Origin: Gemmatimonadota bacterium | GTDB taxonomy: Bacteria > GCA-2686955 | Reading direction: 5' to 3' | Length of the DNA: 32,246 nt | Assembly: GCA_026991065.1 (NCBI GenBank) | Contig: JALXCG010000886.1 | Location: forward strand, 1-32,246 | Shown: positions 1 to 8,332 of the stretch, one piece after another | Numbering within the stretch: the stretch's first letter is position 1 | How the letters are laid out: every line of letters starts with the position of its first letter | Made by a program: the position numbers and the translations under genes | The notes under the pieces: model-generated | What the model saw: only the letters and a program-made list of their open reading frames with translations | What the model was told of the DNA's origin: nothing | Databases searched by the model: none

Positions 1-2667
1 GAGGGAAAAGGAAATCGACGCATCGTTGCCTTCGACTCCGGCGATCAGCTGCTGCCTTTCGCTGTCGAAAAACCGCTTCATGGCCATGGTTAAATCAAGC
101 TCAACCGCCCCAAGGGCCGTGTCGAGGCGCTGCTCGAGATCTGTGCGCAGGGCGCGGTCGTGTTCACGCAAAAGACGCTGGATGCTTACTGATCCCCAAA
201 AGATGATCGGAAAAACCGCAACAGCGACGATTGCGAGCATGAGGCGAACACGGAAGAGCCCCAGTAACCGTGGAATCCGGCGAAAATATCCACTACCCAG
301 GGCGAGCAGAAGAGCGAGAACCAGGAAGACGGCGCCGTGAACTGCGACCGAATTCAGCGCCAGAGTAACGATGTCCCCTCGCAGCCCCACCGGCAGTCCG
401 ATCCCCAGAACCTGGCCATCCGGTTGCAGGGTCCAGTAGATGCGGTAGCTTCGGTTGTCCAGCAGTACTTCCCGCCATCCTCCCGGTCGACCGTCATGTA
501 CTGGGTCGAAGAGACCTTTGGTTTCCGCGGGTAGGAGATCACCAATCGGGGCATCGGATGCATTGGAATCAACCAAAACACCGTTGCGATAGCGAAGCAC
601 GATTGGGTCGGCCCCCCAACGGGAGAGACGATGAGTAAGTTCGCCGCTGGCGGACCCCACCAAATCCGGACCGTCCGGGAGAATTGCGACGCTCACCTGG
701 CCGAGCGGCTTTCCGTCTGCCTCAACGTAGGCGGTCGCGACCAACACATCCCATTCTCTCTGCCCTACTCTGCTGACTGCACGCCGGGTGGTTATCCCTT
801 CGGTGGAATCAGGGAGAGCCCAGATTGGCCCGGTAAGGTGCCCCGGCATGTCGATTCTGAACTGCGATACCAGGCGCCCGTCCACATCCCGGATCTGAAT
901 CTGGGAAGGACGACGCCCGAGAACGAGAGCCGACGCCATCCAGGCATGGAAGGCTGCACTGTCACCGGACTTCCCGCTGGCAAGGGCGCTCTGTATCTCT
1001 CCATCCGCGAGCATGTCGTCGACGACGCTTTCCAGAAGAGAGATGTCGAGGCTTTGGCGGTGCCACGTTCGGCGCGCCTGTTCTTCGGCAAAGTACTCAT
1101 AGTCGCGCGCTTGCTGTCTCTGTAGTTCTGCAGCGCTGGCCAAGCCGACAAGGACGGCGGAGATGATCAAGGCTGGACTGAGAATCGAGCGATGCTCAAG
1201 CAGAGCCTGTGCAACAGGCCACACGACAAGAACCGCCAAAGCCAACAGCCATGCCGCGGGTGTCGCGACACCCGCCGCGAACAGTATGGTGACCGACAAA
1301 ATCGGCCCCCGCGGTAGGTGCTCGCGCCGCTTGGAAAGCGCTGCCGAGAACAGGATCTGGGCTGCAACAATTACGATCAGTACGGCCGCACCAAAGAGGG
1401 CGACAGAAGCTCCGACTGCAAGAATCGCCGGATCCTCCAGGGCCGTAATGTCCACAAATGGCGGACGACCGGCGGCAGCTGCAAAAGCCGCGGTCCAGGA
1501 TCTCCACAGAAACGCTGCACCTGCGACTACCGCCAATGCCAGAGGTGCGAAGATGAGGGGCAGCGATTCGGGCGTTTCTGAAACTCGCCGCACAAGTCGG
1601 TGGAGTCCAAGCGCGAGGCCAACACTGAGGAAGAGAAACGTGAGAGCCGCATCGCCGGGACTGCCCAGCAGTTGCCCCATTCGGGGGGGCCAGTCCGGCG
1701 GCAAGAGGACCGCGAACTCCACGGGATCCCAGATCGACTCTCCCGGAATCTGCATGTTTAGCAGAAGCAAACGCAGCAGCGCCAATACGGTCCACGCCGT
1801 GAGCAGGCCGCTGAAGCTCTCGTCATTGCGCACGAGACGAATCAGCAAGAAAAGTGCGAGCAAGCCGCCGAGGAGTTGGGTGCGGGTCTGGTGGCGAGGT
1901 CCCTGCGTTCGTCCGGGGTGCAGAGTGGAGAACGGCGGAAGAAGGGAATCCGGCAGAACCCAGGACGTCTTGGTAGTATCAATCGGAATGCAGAGCCGCG
2001 GCAGGCTCCAACCCTCAATCTGCGGCAAAGGCGGACGAATACCCGAGTCGTCAAAAGGCGCCGACAGCGTGAGCGGTCGGAGGACCTCAACCCCGCCCCC
2101 TCTTATTGGGAAATATGCGCGAACCACGCCCATCGGCTCGCCTGGCTCAATTCGAACGTGGGCGGTCGTGTCGATCGTGGATGCCTGATCGCCAAGCGCC
2201 AAAAGCGGCGTCCAGCCATTCCAAGCCAAAGCTTCACCTTGCCGATCTCGAACCACGCTGAGCACGGCATCCGCGGTGGAAGCTTCAGGAGCCAGAGACG
2301 CAAGGTCATCAAAGAGGGAGATTCGCTCTCCGGCTACAACGGCATCTCGCAACCAGGGATCGGTAGCAATCCACTGGGCATCTTCAATGGTGTGGAGAAC
2401 GGCATCCTGAAAAGCGCCGCCGGGGCCAAGGATTTCATCGCGTGGTCCTGCTCCCATGAATCCCGCCACTGCAACAGCCAGGGCACAGACTCCTGCAAAC
2501 CGTGGCATGCCGAGCGTGGATAACCCCGCAAAAAGAGCGAATGCTCCCCAAAGAGCCAGCCCCACCGGAAAATTCCCCGGCCAGGCCCAAGGAAAGAGAG
2601 AGAGCAACAGAAGTGCCGTTCCGACCCCATAAAAGGAACGACTGGAGCTTGAGGATATGCTTTGCAA
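1..2667 (-). CDS. Large polytopic membrane protein, possible sensor/signalling protein (3' end beyond window; start uncertain)
   Basis: This ORF is absent from the ORF track because its stop lies left of position 1. On the minus strand, in the phase whose codons occupy 3n+1..3n+3, I find no stop from 2700 down to 1 (900 codons); an in-frame TGA sits at 2701-2703. My hand translation gives N-terminal helices (FYGVGTALLLSLFPWAW, FPVGLALWGAFALFAGL, FAGVCALAVAVAGFMGA), then a ~200-aa soluble stretch. A cluster of helices follows (LLGGLLALFLLIRLV, ALTFLFLSVGLALGL, LIFAPLALAVVAGAAF, LIVIVAAQILFSAAL, AAWLLALAVLVVWPVA, ALIISAVLVGLASA), then a ~270-aa soluble stretch. The visible part ends with two more helices (AVFLVLALLLALGSGYF, LMLAIVAVAVFPIIFWG) and a charged helical linker (SIQRLLREHDRALRTDLEQRLDTA). 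Candidate starts are TTG 2667, GTG 2565 and first ATG 2508. Plus-strand ORFs 631..1125 and 1163..2188 are its antisense shadows. Confidence 0.7.
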   Translation of the reverse strand, partial: MQSISSSSSRSFYGVGTALLLLSLFPWAWPGNFPVGLALWGAFALFAGLSTLGMPRFAGVCALAVAVAGFMGAGPRDEILGPGGAFQDAVLHTIEDAQWIATDPWLRDAVVAGERISLFDDLASLAPEASTADAVLSVVRDRQGEALAWNGWTPLLALGDQASTIDTTAHVRIEPGEPMGVVRAYFPIRGGGVEVLRPLTLSAPFDDSGIRPPLPQIEGWSLPRLCIPIDTTKTSWVLPDSLLPPFSTLHPGRTQGPRHQTRTQLLGGLLALFLLIRLVRNDESFSGLLTAWTVLALLRLLLLNMQIPGESIWDPVEFAVLLPPDWPPRMGQLLGSPGDAALTFLFLSVGLALGLHRLVRRVSETPESLPLIFAPLALAVVAGAAFLWRSWTAAFAAAAGRPPFVDITALEDPAILAVGASVALFGAAVLIVIVAAQILFSAALSKRREHLPRGPILSVTILFAAGVATPAAWLLALAVLVVWPVAQALLEHRSILSPALIISAVLVGLASAAELQRQQARDYEYFAEEQARRTWHRQSLDISLLESVVDDMLADGEIQSALASGKSGDSAAFHAWMASALVLGRRPSQIQIRDVDGRLVSQFRIDMPGHLTGPIWALPDSTEGITTRRAVSRVGQREWDVLVATAYVEADGKPLGQVSVAILPDGPDLVGSASGELTHRLSRWGADPIVLRYRNGVLVDSNASDAPIGDLLPAETKGLFDPVHDGRPGGWREVLLDNRSYRIYWTLQPDGQVLGIGLPVGLRGDIVTLALNSVAVHGAVFLVLALLLALGSGYFRRIPRLLGLFRVRLMLAIVAVAVFPIIFWGSVSIQRLLREHDRALRTDLEQRLDTALGAVELDLTMAMKRFFDSERQQLIAGVEGNDASISFSL

Positions 2668-2839
2668 GGAACCACCGGTAGCTAAAGAGGGTGCTCGCGG
2701 TCAACCTCAGCGGTATGGTGAACCAGCCCGACAACCCTCGCTAGAAGTCTGTCGCATATTGCCTTTCGAGGACTTAGCAACGCAGAGATCGGAGCAGGGA
2801 CGAGTGCGGCGCGACAAGAAGACAATGCGCGACAGGCTC

Positions 2840-3415
2840 CTAAGGGCGAGATGCGGAGCGGATCTCATCTATAACCCACAACCCCGCCTCCTTGCGCAAG
2901 GAAACAACCAACCGGACGCGGTGCGAACCACCGTTGCGTTCATCAACATAGAGCCAGTCACAAATCCCGTGGGGTGCATCCGCGTGTGGACGATAGCGCT
3001 TCAGCGTGAATGCGCGGGTGTCGGTTCTAGCAAAAATCCGCTTAAACAGAAAACGCACCTGTGCCGGTCCATATTCGCCGGCCCGGGCAATGGCTCCCAC
3101 ATCAATCGAGACCCGCCGGTCTCCAAAGACTGAAAGCAGAGTCGGCAGATCTTCCCCCGCCCAAGCTTGGGAAAACCCGCTCAGTGTTTGGCGGGGGCTG
3201 GCTGATCGAGCCCCCGAATCCGGGGAGACTCGGGGCGAATGCTTGTTAGGCAGGAGGGACTTCTGCTGTCCGGTCACGGCCGGAGCACGCCTTGGTGATG
3301 TCGGTTGCGGCTGCGCGTTCCCTTGTGAGGGGTGTGCAAGAGCCACCAAGACCGCAAACATTCCATAGGCGCCGATGCGAAAGAGAAATCCGCTCATGCT
3401 CAATAGATAATGCAT
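2840..3415 (-). CDS. Hypothetical secreted protein (signal peptide, Pro/Ser-rich linker, ~110-aa C-terminal domain of possible NTF2-like/DUF4783-like type)
   Basis: This is ORF 2840..3514, whose longest form overlaps secF. I place the start at ATG 3415: MHYLLSMSGFLFRIGAYGMFAVLVALAHPSQG looks like a signal peptide, and GAGGA lies ~10 nt upstream. It sits 32 nt downstream of the secF stop on the same strand. The fold assignment is pattern memory only. Confidence 0.6.
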   Translation of the reverse strand: MHYLLSMSGFLFRIGAYGMFAVLVALAHPSQGNAQPQPTSPRRAPAVTGQQKSLLPNKHSPRVSPDSGARSASPRQTLSGFSQAWAGEDLPTLLSVFGDRRVSIDVGAIARAGEYGPAQVRFLFKRIFARTDTRAFTLKRYRPHADAPHGICDWLYVDERNGGSHRVRLVVSLRKEAGLWVIDEIRSASRP

Positions 3416-3447
3416 CCGGCCCCCATCCTCAACCGACGACAAACACT

Positions 3448-4386
3448 CTACGCCCGGCTCTTGGCTCGCGGCATCTTCACCGGTGCGATGTTTCGGGGCT
3501 TGTGTTGGTCCCACTCATAGAGCAGCGGGCTCGCCACGAAAATGGAGGAATAGGTTCCCACAATCACACCCGTGAAAAGAGCCATCGCAAAATCCTGAAT
3601 CACCTCACCACCAAGGATAAGCAGAGTCGTAACCGGGAGTAACGTGGTCAGCGAAGTGATCACTGTACGGCTCAATGTGCGATTGATGGAGATGTTCAGA
3701 ATGTCGATGTAAGGCTTCCGACGCATGAGCTTGGCATCCTCGCGAATGCGATCAAAGACGACGATGGTGTCATTCAGCGAGTAGCCGACAATGGTGAGCA
3801 GCGCGGCAACTACCGGCAAGCTGATCTCATGTCCGAGCAGCATCAAAGTGCCAACCACGACCAGGACATCGTGAGTCAGGGTTACGATGGCTGAGATGCC
3901 GAAACGAAACTCGAAACGGAAGGTGATGTAGGCAATGATCGCCAAGAGAGCCAGAGTGATTGCGGTAAAAGCCTGGCTCTTGAGTTCTGCCCCTACTTTC
4001 GGCCCGACCATGTCCGCGGAGAGCGTTTCCACAGTGGGGTCAATCCGTTCGCGAAGAGACTGGACGATCGCATTGCTGCGGTCTTCACTGGTTTCTACTT
4101 CTTCCACAGGGACTCGAATCAGAACTTCACGACCATCCCCCACCGTCTGCACTTCCGCTCCGTCAATCTGCGTCGCATCGATCGCCGCTCGAACATCCTC
4201 AATCGCCGGCGGTTCGGAAAAATTGACTCGCAAAGCAAGCCCCCCTGCGAAGTCAATGCCATAGCGAAGACCGCCATTCATGACTATGGAACTCATGCCA
4301 ACGAGGATGATCAGGGCAGACACCACATAGGCGATGCGGCGCTTCCCAATGAAGTCAATGTGTGTGTTTTTGAATAGCTGAAGCAT
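3448..4386 (-). CDS. secF: Protein translocase subunit SecF
   Basis: 312-aa ORF with an ATG start. The N-terminus 'HIDFIGKRRIAYVVSALIILVGM' plus 'GIDFAGG', a periplasmic loop and a C-terminal multi-TM bundle (LNDTIVVFDRIRE) are typical of SecF. It lies directly downstream of secD. Confidence 0.93.
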   Translation of the reverse strand: MLQLFKNTHIDFIGKRRIAYVVSALIILVGMSSIVMNGGLRYGIDFAGGLALRVNFSEPPAIEDVRAAIDATQIDGAEVQTVGDGREVLIRVPVEEVETSEDRSNAIVQSLRERIDPTVETLSADMVGPKVGAELKSQAFTAITLALLAIIAYITFRFEFRFGISAIVTLTHDVLVVVGTLMLLGHEISLPVVAALLTIVGYSLNDTIVVFDRIREDAKLMRRKPYIDILNISINRTLSRTVITSLTTLLPVTTLLILGGEVIQDFAMALFTGVIVGTYSSIFVASPLLYEWDQHKPRNIAPVKMPRAKSRA

Positions 4387-4419
4387 GGGTCGCTCTCTCG
4401 AATGCGCGGGCCGAAGGAA

Positions 4420-6156
4420 TCAGATGCTCAGGCGGCGCAAACGCCCGGTGCTGTAAAGGAAATCGAAGGCGAGGCGGGAACAGTAGACGGCAGTGAAAAC
4501 ACTCGTGATGATGCCGATCATCAGGGTGATCGCAAAACCGCGAATTGGTCCCGATCCGTAGTAGAAGAGAATCAAGCCTGTAAGGAACGTGGTGATATTG
4601 GCATCGAGAATCGTGGTGAGTGCGCGCTCATAACCGGCTTGAATCGATGCGTAGACTGATTTCCCGGTGCGGAACTCCTCGCGAATCCGCTCGAAAATCA
4701 ACACATTGGCATCTACCGCCATGCCCATCGTCAACACGATTCCGGCAATGCCGGGTAAAGTCAGGGTGGCATTGAACAGTGCGAGCGCAGCCAGAACCAG
4801 AATCACGTTCATCAGGAGAACGATATTGGCGATGACTCCGGAAGCGCGATAGTAGATCACCATGAATGCCACAACGCAGATCAAACCGAAGAGCCCGGCG
4901 TTGGTTCCGGCCTTGATGGAGTCATGTCCAAGAGTAGAGCCAACCGTCCGCTCTTCAACCACGTGGATCGGAGCCGGCAACGCCCCGCTGCGCAGAACCA
5001 CCGCAAGGTCATTGGCTTCATCTACGGTAAAGCCGCCTTCAATCTGCGACCTTCCATCCGGAATCCGAACCCGCAAACTGGGCGCCGACCGAACCTTACC
5101 GTCAAGAACAATGGCCAACTGCCGGCCGGTGTTTTCGCCTGTTATCTGCGCGAACCGCTTCACATACTCCGGCTTGAAGGTGAGCGAAACAACCGGTTCA
5201 TTAAAGCTTCGCTGATCAAAAGTCATGCTCGCTTTGGCAACAGCGGCACCGGTGATCTCCGCTTCTCTCTGCAGAAGATAAAGCGGCGCATAGTTTTGGA
5301 AGGAGTTGGCTTCCGCCTTTGACCCCTTGATCACACCAAGACGAAACTCCAGTTCATCCGGCATGATGTCCGCCACCTCGGGCATGGCAAGAATCGCTTC
5401 GACCTTCTCAATGTTCTCTTCCGGAACCGCAAAACTCAAGCTGCCATCTTGGTAGCGAAAGGTTTGTAGCAGATCGAGGAAGGGATGCTCGGTTGCCCCC
5501 TGCTCCTCAGCCGGCTTCTCTTCGGTGTCCAGGTTACTGAACAGAGCCTCCATCGATGAGTCTGCATCAGAGCTGCCAAGCGCCGCCGAATCGGTCGCCG
5601 CGGCGGCAACCGCCAGAGTGTCGGCAACAGAACCATCGCCTCCGCCATCTGCGGTTTTCTTTGCTTGCTGTTCGGCGACGATTTCATCAATCACCTGAAG
5701 CAGTTCAACCGTCCTGGATGATCGTGCAACCAGTTTGAATTCCAGAAAAGCGGTCCGACGGATGATATTCTTGGCTCGCTCCGGATCATCGACTCCGGCC
5801 AACTGAACCAGAATCCGCCCTTCACCAAGCGGCTGGATGATCGGCTCTTCGACACCAAACTCGTCGATTCGATTGCGAATTACCTCGAGTGCTCTCCTGT
5901 ACGCATCGGCGGCTTCTTCTTCGGTCATGCCGCTGGCGTCCACCTCCAGCACCATGTGCATACCACCCTGGAGATCGAGCCCCAGAGAGATCGCGTTGGC
6001 CCTCATGCTTGCGTATGCATCCGGGTCGTTGGCCTGAAGTGCTGCCCGGCCATCCTCCCCCATGGCGCTCAGGCGTATGGTGGGCAAGAGCCCCAACACT
6101 GCGATGAGCAGCACGAAACCAATCACAACCAAGCGGGTCACGAGCTTCTTGTCCAT
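4420..6156 (-). CDS. secD: Protein translocase subunit SecD
   Basis: 578-aa ORF with an ATG start. It has an N-terminal TM helix, 'LGLDLQGG' and a large periplasmic domain. The C-terminal 6-TM region carries 'GIAGIVLTMGMAVDANVLIFERIREE' and 'PIRGFAITL', characteristic of SecD. Confidence 0.95.
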   Translation of the reverse strand: MDKKLVTRLVVIGFVLLIAVLGLLPTIRLSAMGEDGRAALQANDPDAYASMRANAISLGLDLQGGMHMVLEVDASGMTEEEAADAYRRALEVIRNRIDEFGVEEPIIQPLGEGRILVQLAGVDDPERAKNIIRRTAFLEFKLVARSSRTVELLQVIDEIVAEQQAKKTADGGGDGSVADTLAVAAAATDSAALGSSDADSSMEALFSNLDTEEKPAEEQGATEHPFLDLLQTFRYQDGSLSFAVPEENIEKVEAILAMPEVADIMPDELEFRLGVIKGSKAEANSFQNYAPLYLLQREAEITGAAVAKASMTFDQRSFNEPVVSLTFKPEYVKRFAQITGENTGRQLAIVLDGKVRSAPSLRVRIPDGRSQIEGGFTVDEANDLAVVLRSGALPAPIHVVEERTVGSTLGHDSIKAGTNAGLFGLICVVAFMVIYYRASGVIANIVLLMNVILVLAALALFNATLTLPGIAGIVLTMGMAVDANVLIFERIREEFRTGKSVYASIQAGYERALTTILDANITTFLTGLILFYYGSGPIRGFAITLMIGIITSVFTAVYCSRLAFDFLYSTGRLRRLSI

Positions 6157-6187
6157 CTATCGAATCCAGCCTCTCGTAGATCTATGT

Positions 6188-6925
6188 CTACTCGTCGCCG
6201 GCACTGCTGCCGGCTAGCAAACGTTTCATCTGGCTTACCGCCTCGTGTAATCCAGAGAACAGGGCCCGCGCGATAATCGCATGGCCAATGTTAAGTTCTT
6301 CCATGCCGTCGATCCTGGCGACCGGGCCGACGTTCTGGTAGTCGAGTCCGTGGCCGGCATGCAGATGCATGCCCAGGGAGCAGACACGATCGGCAGCGTA
6401 GCAAAGCCGATCAAGTTCCGCTTGAGCAGAAAGTGGGTCGGTCGCATTGGCATAAGCACCGGTGTGCAGCTCAATGCCGTGGACGCCGATCCTCCAAGCA
6501 GCGTCGATCTGCGCAGGCTCGGGGTCTACAAAGACTTGCACCTGAATTCCTGCCGCGCGCAGCATCTCTACCGCAGCACCGACTCGCTCTTCCGAGCCAT
6601 GAATGTCCAGCCCACCCTCGGTGGTCAGTTCCTGCCGCCTTTCCGGGACCAGGCAGCAGTTGCGCGGCCGGACATCAACGGCGATGTCGATGACGCGTTG
6701 ATCCACCGCCAACTCGAGATTGACCGGCACTGATGCCACGCGAACAATCTCCCGCAGGTCGTGTTCCTGGACATGCCGGCGATCTTCGCGGAGATGTAGA
6801 GTGATGCCATTCGCCCCGGCATCCTCGGCGACCTGAGCAGCGCGCACCGGATCAGGTTGAGTACCGCCGCGGGCCTGGCGCAGCGTCGCCACGTGATCGA
6901 TATTCACACCGAGCCTCAGGGTCAT
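6188..6925 (-). CDS. pdxJ: Pyridoxine 5'-phosphate synthase PdxJ
   Basis: The motifs LGVNIDHVATLRQARG, ITLHLREDRRH, NLELA, GIELHTG, HAGHGL and ELNIGHAIIA match PdxJ. I place the start at ATG 6925 (MTLRLGVNIDH), which overlaps the TGA of the upstream gene (ATGA at 6922-6925). The ORF-track start at 6970 would add 15 non-conserved residues. Confidence 0.92.
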   Translation of the reverse strand: MTLRLGVNIDHVATLRQARGGTQPDPVRAAQVAEDAGANGITLHLREDRRHVQEHDLREIVRVASVPVNLELAVDQRVIDIAVDVRPRNCCLVPERRQELTTEGGLDIHGSEERVGAAVEMLRAAGIQVQVFVDPEPAQIDAAWRIGVHGIELHTGAYANATDPLSAQAELDRLCYAADRVCSLGMHLHAGHGLDYQNVGPVARIDGMEELNIGHAIIARALFSGLHEAVSQMKRLLAGSSAGDE

Positions 6926-8205
6926 GTCTGCTCCCCTCCGACAACAACCGATGCCGGGACCAGATTCCACACGCGGCCTTCGTTTTGCGCAAGTGTGTGA
7001 GCCAGAGCTTCATAGGTTCGGATTCGCGGGTGCCCGATGCCGATTGCTCTGCCCCGTGCTTCCGCGATCTTCGCGAGCCGTCCCAGATTATCCGAAATGG
7101 CCTCGGCATCGTCCTGCGAATCGAGAAAGATCGACGAGGCACCACAGGGAACCTGCCACCGCCGCGCCGCGCGCATGATCACGGAAGATGGGGTTGTGCG
7201 ACTGTCGACAAAAAAGAGTGCGCCTTCTTTCGCAACGGCCTGCATCAAAGCACCAACGGTGATCGAGTCACCCGTTGCCTTCGACCCCATGTGGTTGTTG
7301 ACGCCGACTGCGCATGGCACTTGCCGGAGATTGTCCCGCACAATTGCGGCAATCTGGTCGTCCGGCATCCCGGTGCAGATGGCACCCGGGCCAGGATCTT
7401 GACCTGCCAGGGCCTCCATCGGCTGGTGCATGATCACTTCGCGGCCCATTCGGTAGCAGCGCAGAGCGAGATTGCGGGCATGTGGACGCCCGGGAAGAAC
7501 TCCAAAGGTCAACCCCGGAGACAGATCCAGAAGATCCAGCACCAATGGGCTTTCGTTGTGCCCTAGATCGTCAATAATGATCGCCACCTGCGGGAGATCT
7601 GGACCCTTCAGTTCGTCGGCGGCGCTGCTCTTTTCGGGAGGAGACAGTCGGCGCAGTTGAAGATCTAGAATCGGCCTCCCCCCATGTTCGAGACGCATCT
7701 CCAAGAGCCGCCCCAGCTTACTCAACTGGCAGTCTTCTATCGTTACGGACAAACCTCGCGCTGCTTGGGCGATGGCAAGATCTACACGGGTTAGGGAAAC
7801 CGTGTCCGGCAGTGCGGCGCTCAGCAAACGAACGCCATCCTCTGTCGCGGACACCTGCGTGTGAATCGCGCTTGCCCCCACGCCAAAACGTTCCAGAACG
7901 GCGAGGATATGGGCCTCCAGGGCCTCCGCCACCGGAGTTGCTGGCTTCGGGTGACGGTTTCCCTCCAGGTGTCGGATTACTGCAACCCCCCCGATCAGCA
8001 CGAGAAACAGCGTGTACGCCAACAACGCCGCACGGCGACCTGGTGGCCGCTGCCGGGATCTTTGGCTACGAACTGTTTGTGCGCGGCGCACCAATGGCTC
8101 TCCCTGGGGCTCTGGAACGCCCTCAGCCGCGGCAGAACGGGTGGTGTCCACTGGTCGCGGACACGCCCCCCAAGACCGCTGTGCGAAGGCGGAGGAAACA
8201 CGCAT
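6922..8205 (-). CDS. Divergent polysaccharide deacetylase family protein (YibQ-like), N-terminally membrane anchored
   Basis: There is an N-terminal TM helix (AALLAYTLFLVLIGGVAVI). The C-terminal half carries VAIIIDDLGHN, HQPME, NNHMGSKATGD and FFVDSRTT, the pattern I know from YibQ/Polysacc_deac_2. The start is uncertain. ATG 8205 sits inside a consensus -10 box (see the promoter feature). GTG 8091, preceded by GGAGAG with a 6-nt spacer, gives a typical short basic N-terminus before the TM helix. Confidence 0.85.
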   Translation of the reverse strand: MRVSSAFAQRSWGACPRPVDTTRSAAAEGVPEPQGEPLVRRAQTVRSQRSRQRPPGRRAALLAYTLFLVLIGGVAVIRHLEGNRHPKPATPVAEALEAHILAVLERFGVGASAIHTQVSATEDGVRLLSAALPDTVSLTRVDLAIAQAARGLSVTIEDCQLSKLGRLLEMRLEHGGRPILDLQLRRLSPPEKSSAADELKGPDLPQVAIIIDDLGHNESPLVLDLLDLSPGLTFGVLPGRPHARNLALRCYRMGREVIMHQPMEALAGQDPGPGAICTGMPDDQIAAIVRDNLRQVPCAVGVNNHMGSKATGDSITVGALMQAVAKEGALFFVDSRTTPSSVIMRAARRWQVPCGASSIFLDSQDDAEAISDNLGRLAKIAEARGRAIGIGHPRIRTYEALAHTLAQNEGRVWNLVPASVVVGGEQT

Positions 8206-8231
8206 TATATCGTGAGATAGGTCAAGGTCAA
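8204..8231 (-). promoter_or_regulatory. Sigma70-type promoter candidate, TTGACC-16 nt-TATAAT
   Basis: The minus strand reads TTGACC (8231..8226), a 16-nt spacer TTGACCTATCTCACGA, then TATAAT (8209..8204). Both hexamers match the consensus 6/6. The site lies in the 127-nt gap between the propeller-gene stop and the deacetylase-pdxJ-secDF operon. There is no experimental support, and the sigma-factor preferences of this lineage are unknown. Confidence 0.45.
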
Positions 8232-8332
8232 GCTCGACAGTCCAGAGCCGGATATCCGCCGGCGATGGCGGCCCTCCGGGTGTGACGCGCGACGGCCAGA
8301 ACCCGGCGGAATGCAGAGGCCAAGCCGTGCCG

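Noticed and set aside
631-2523. Plus-strand ORFs 631..1125, 1163..2188 and 1876..2523, and minus-strand fragments 792..1151 and 1196..1795
   Set aside because: All lie within the uninterrupted 900-codon minus-strand frame, which yields coherent TM helices. These alternatives give Arg/Ser/Ala-rich junk or short fragments.
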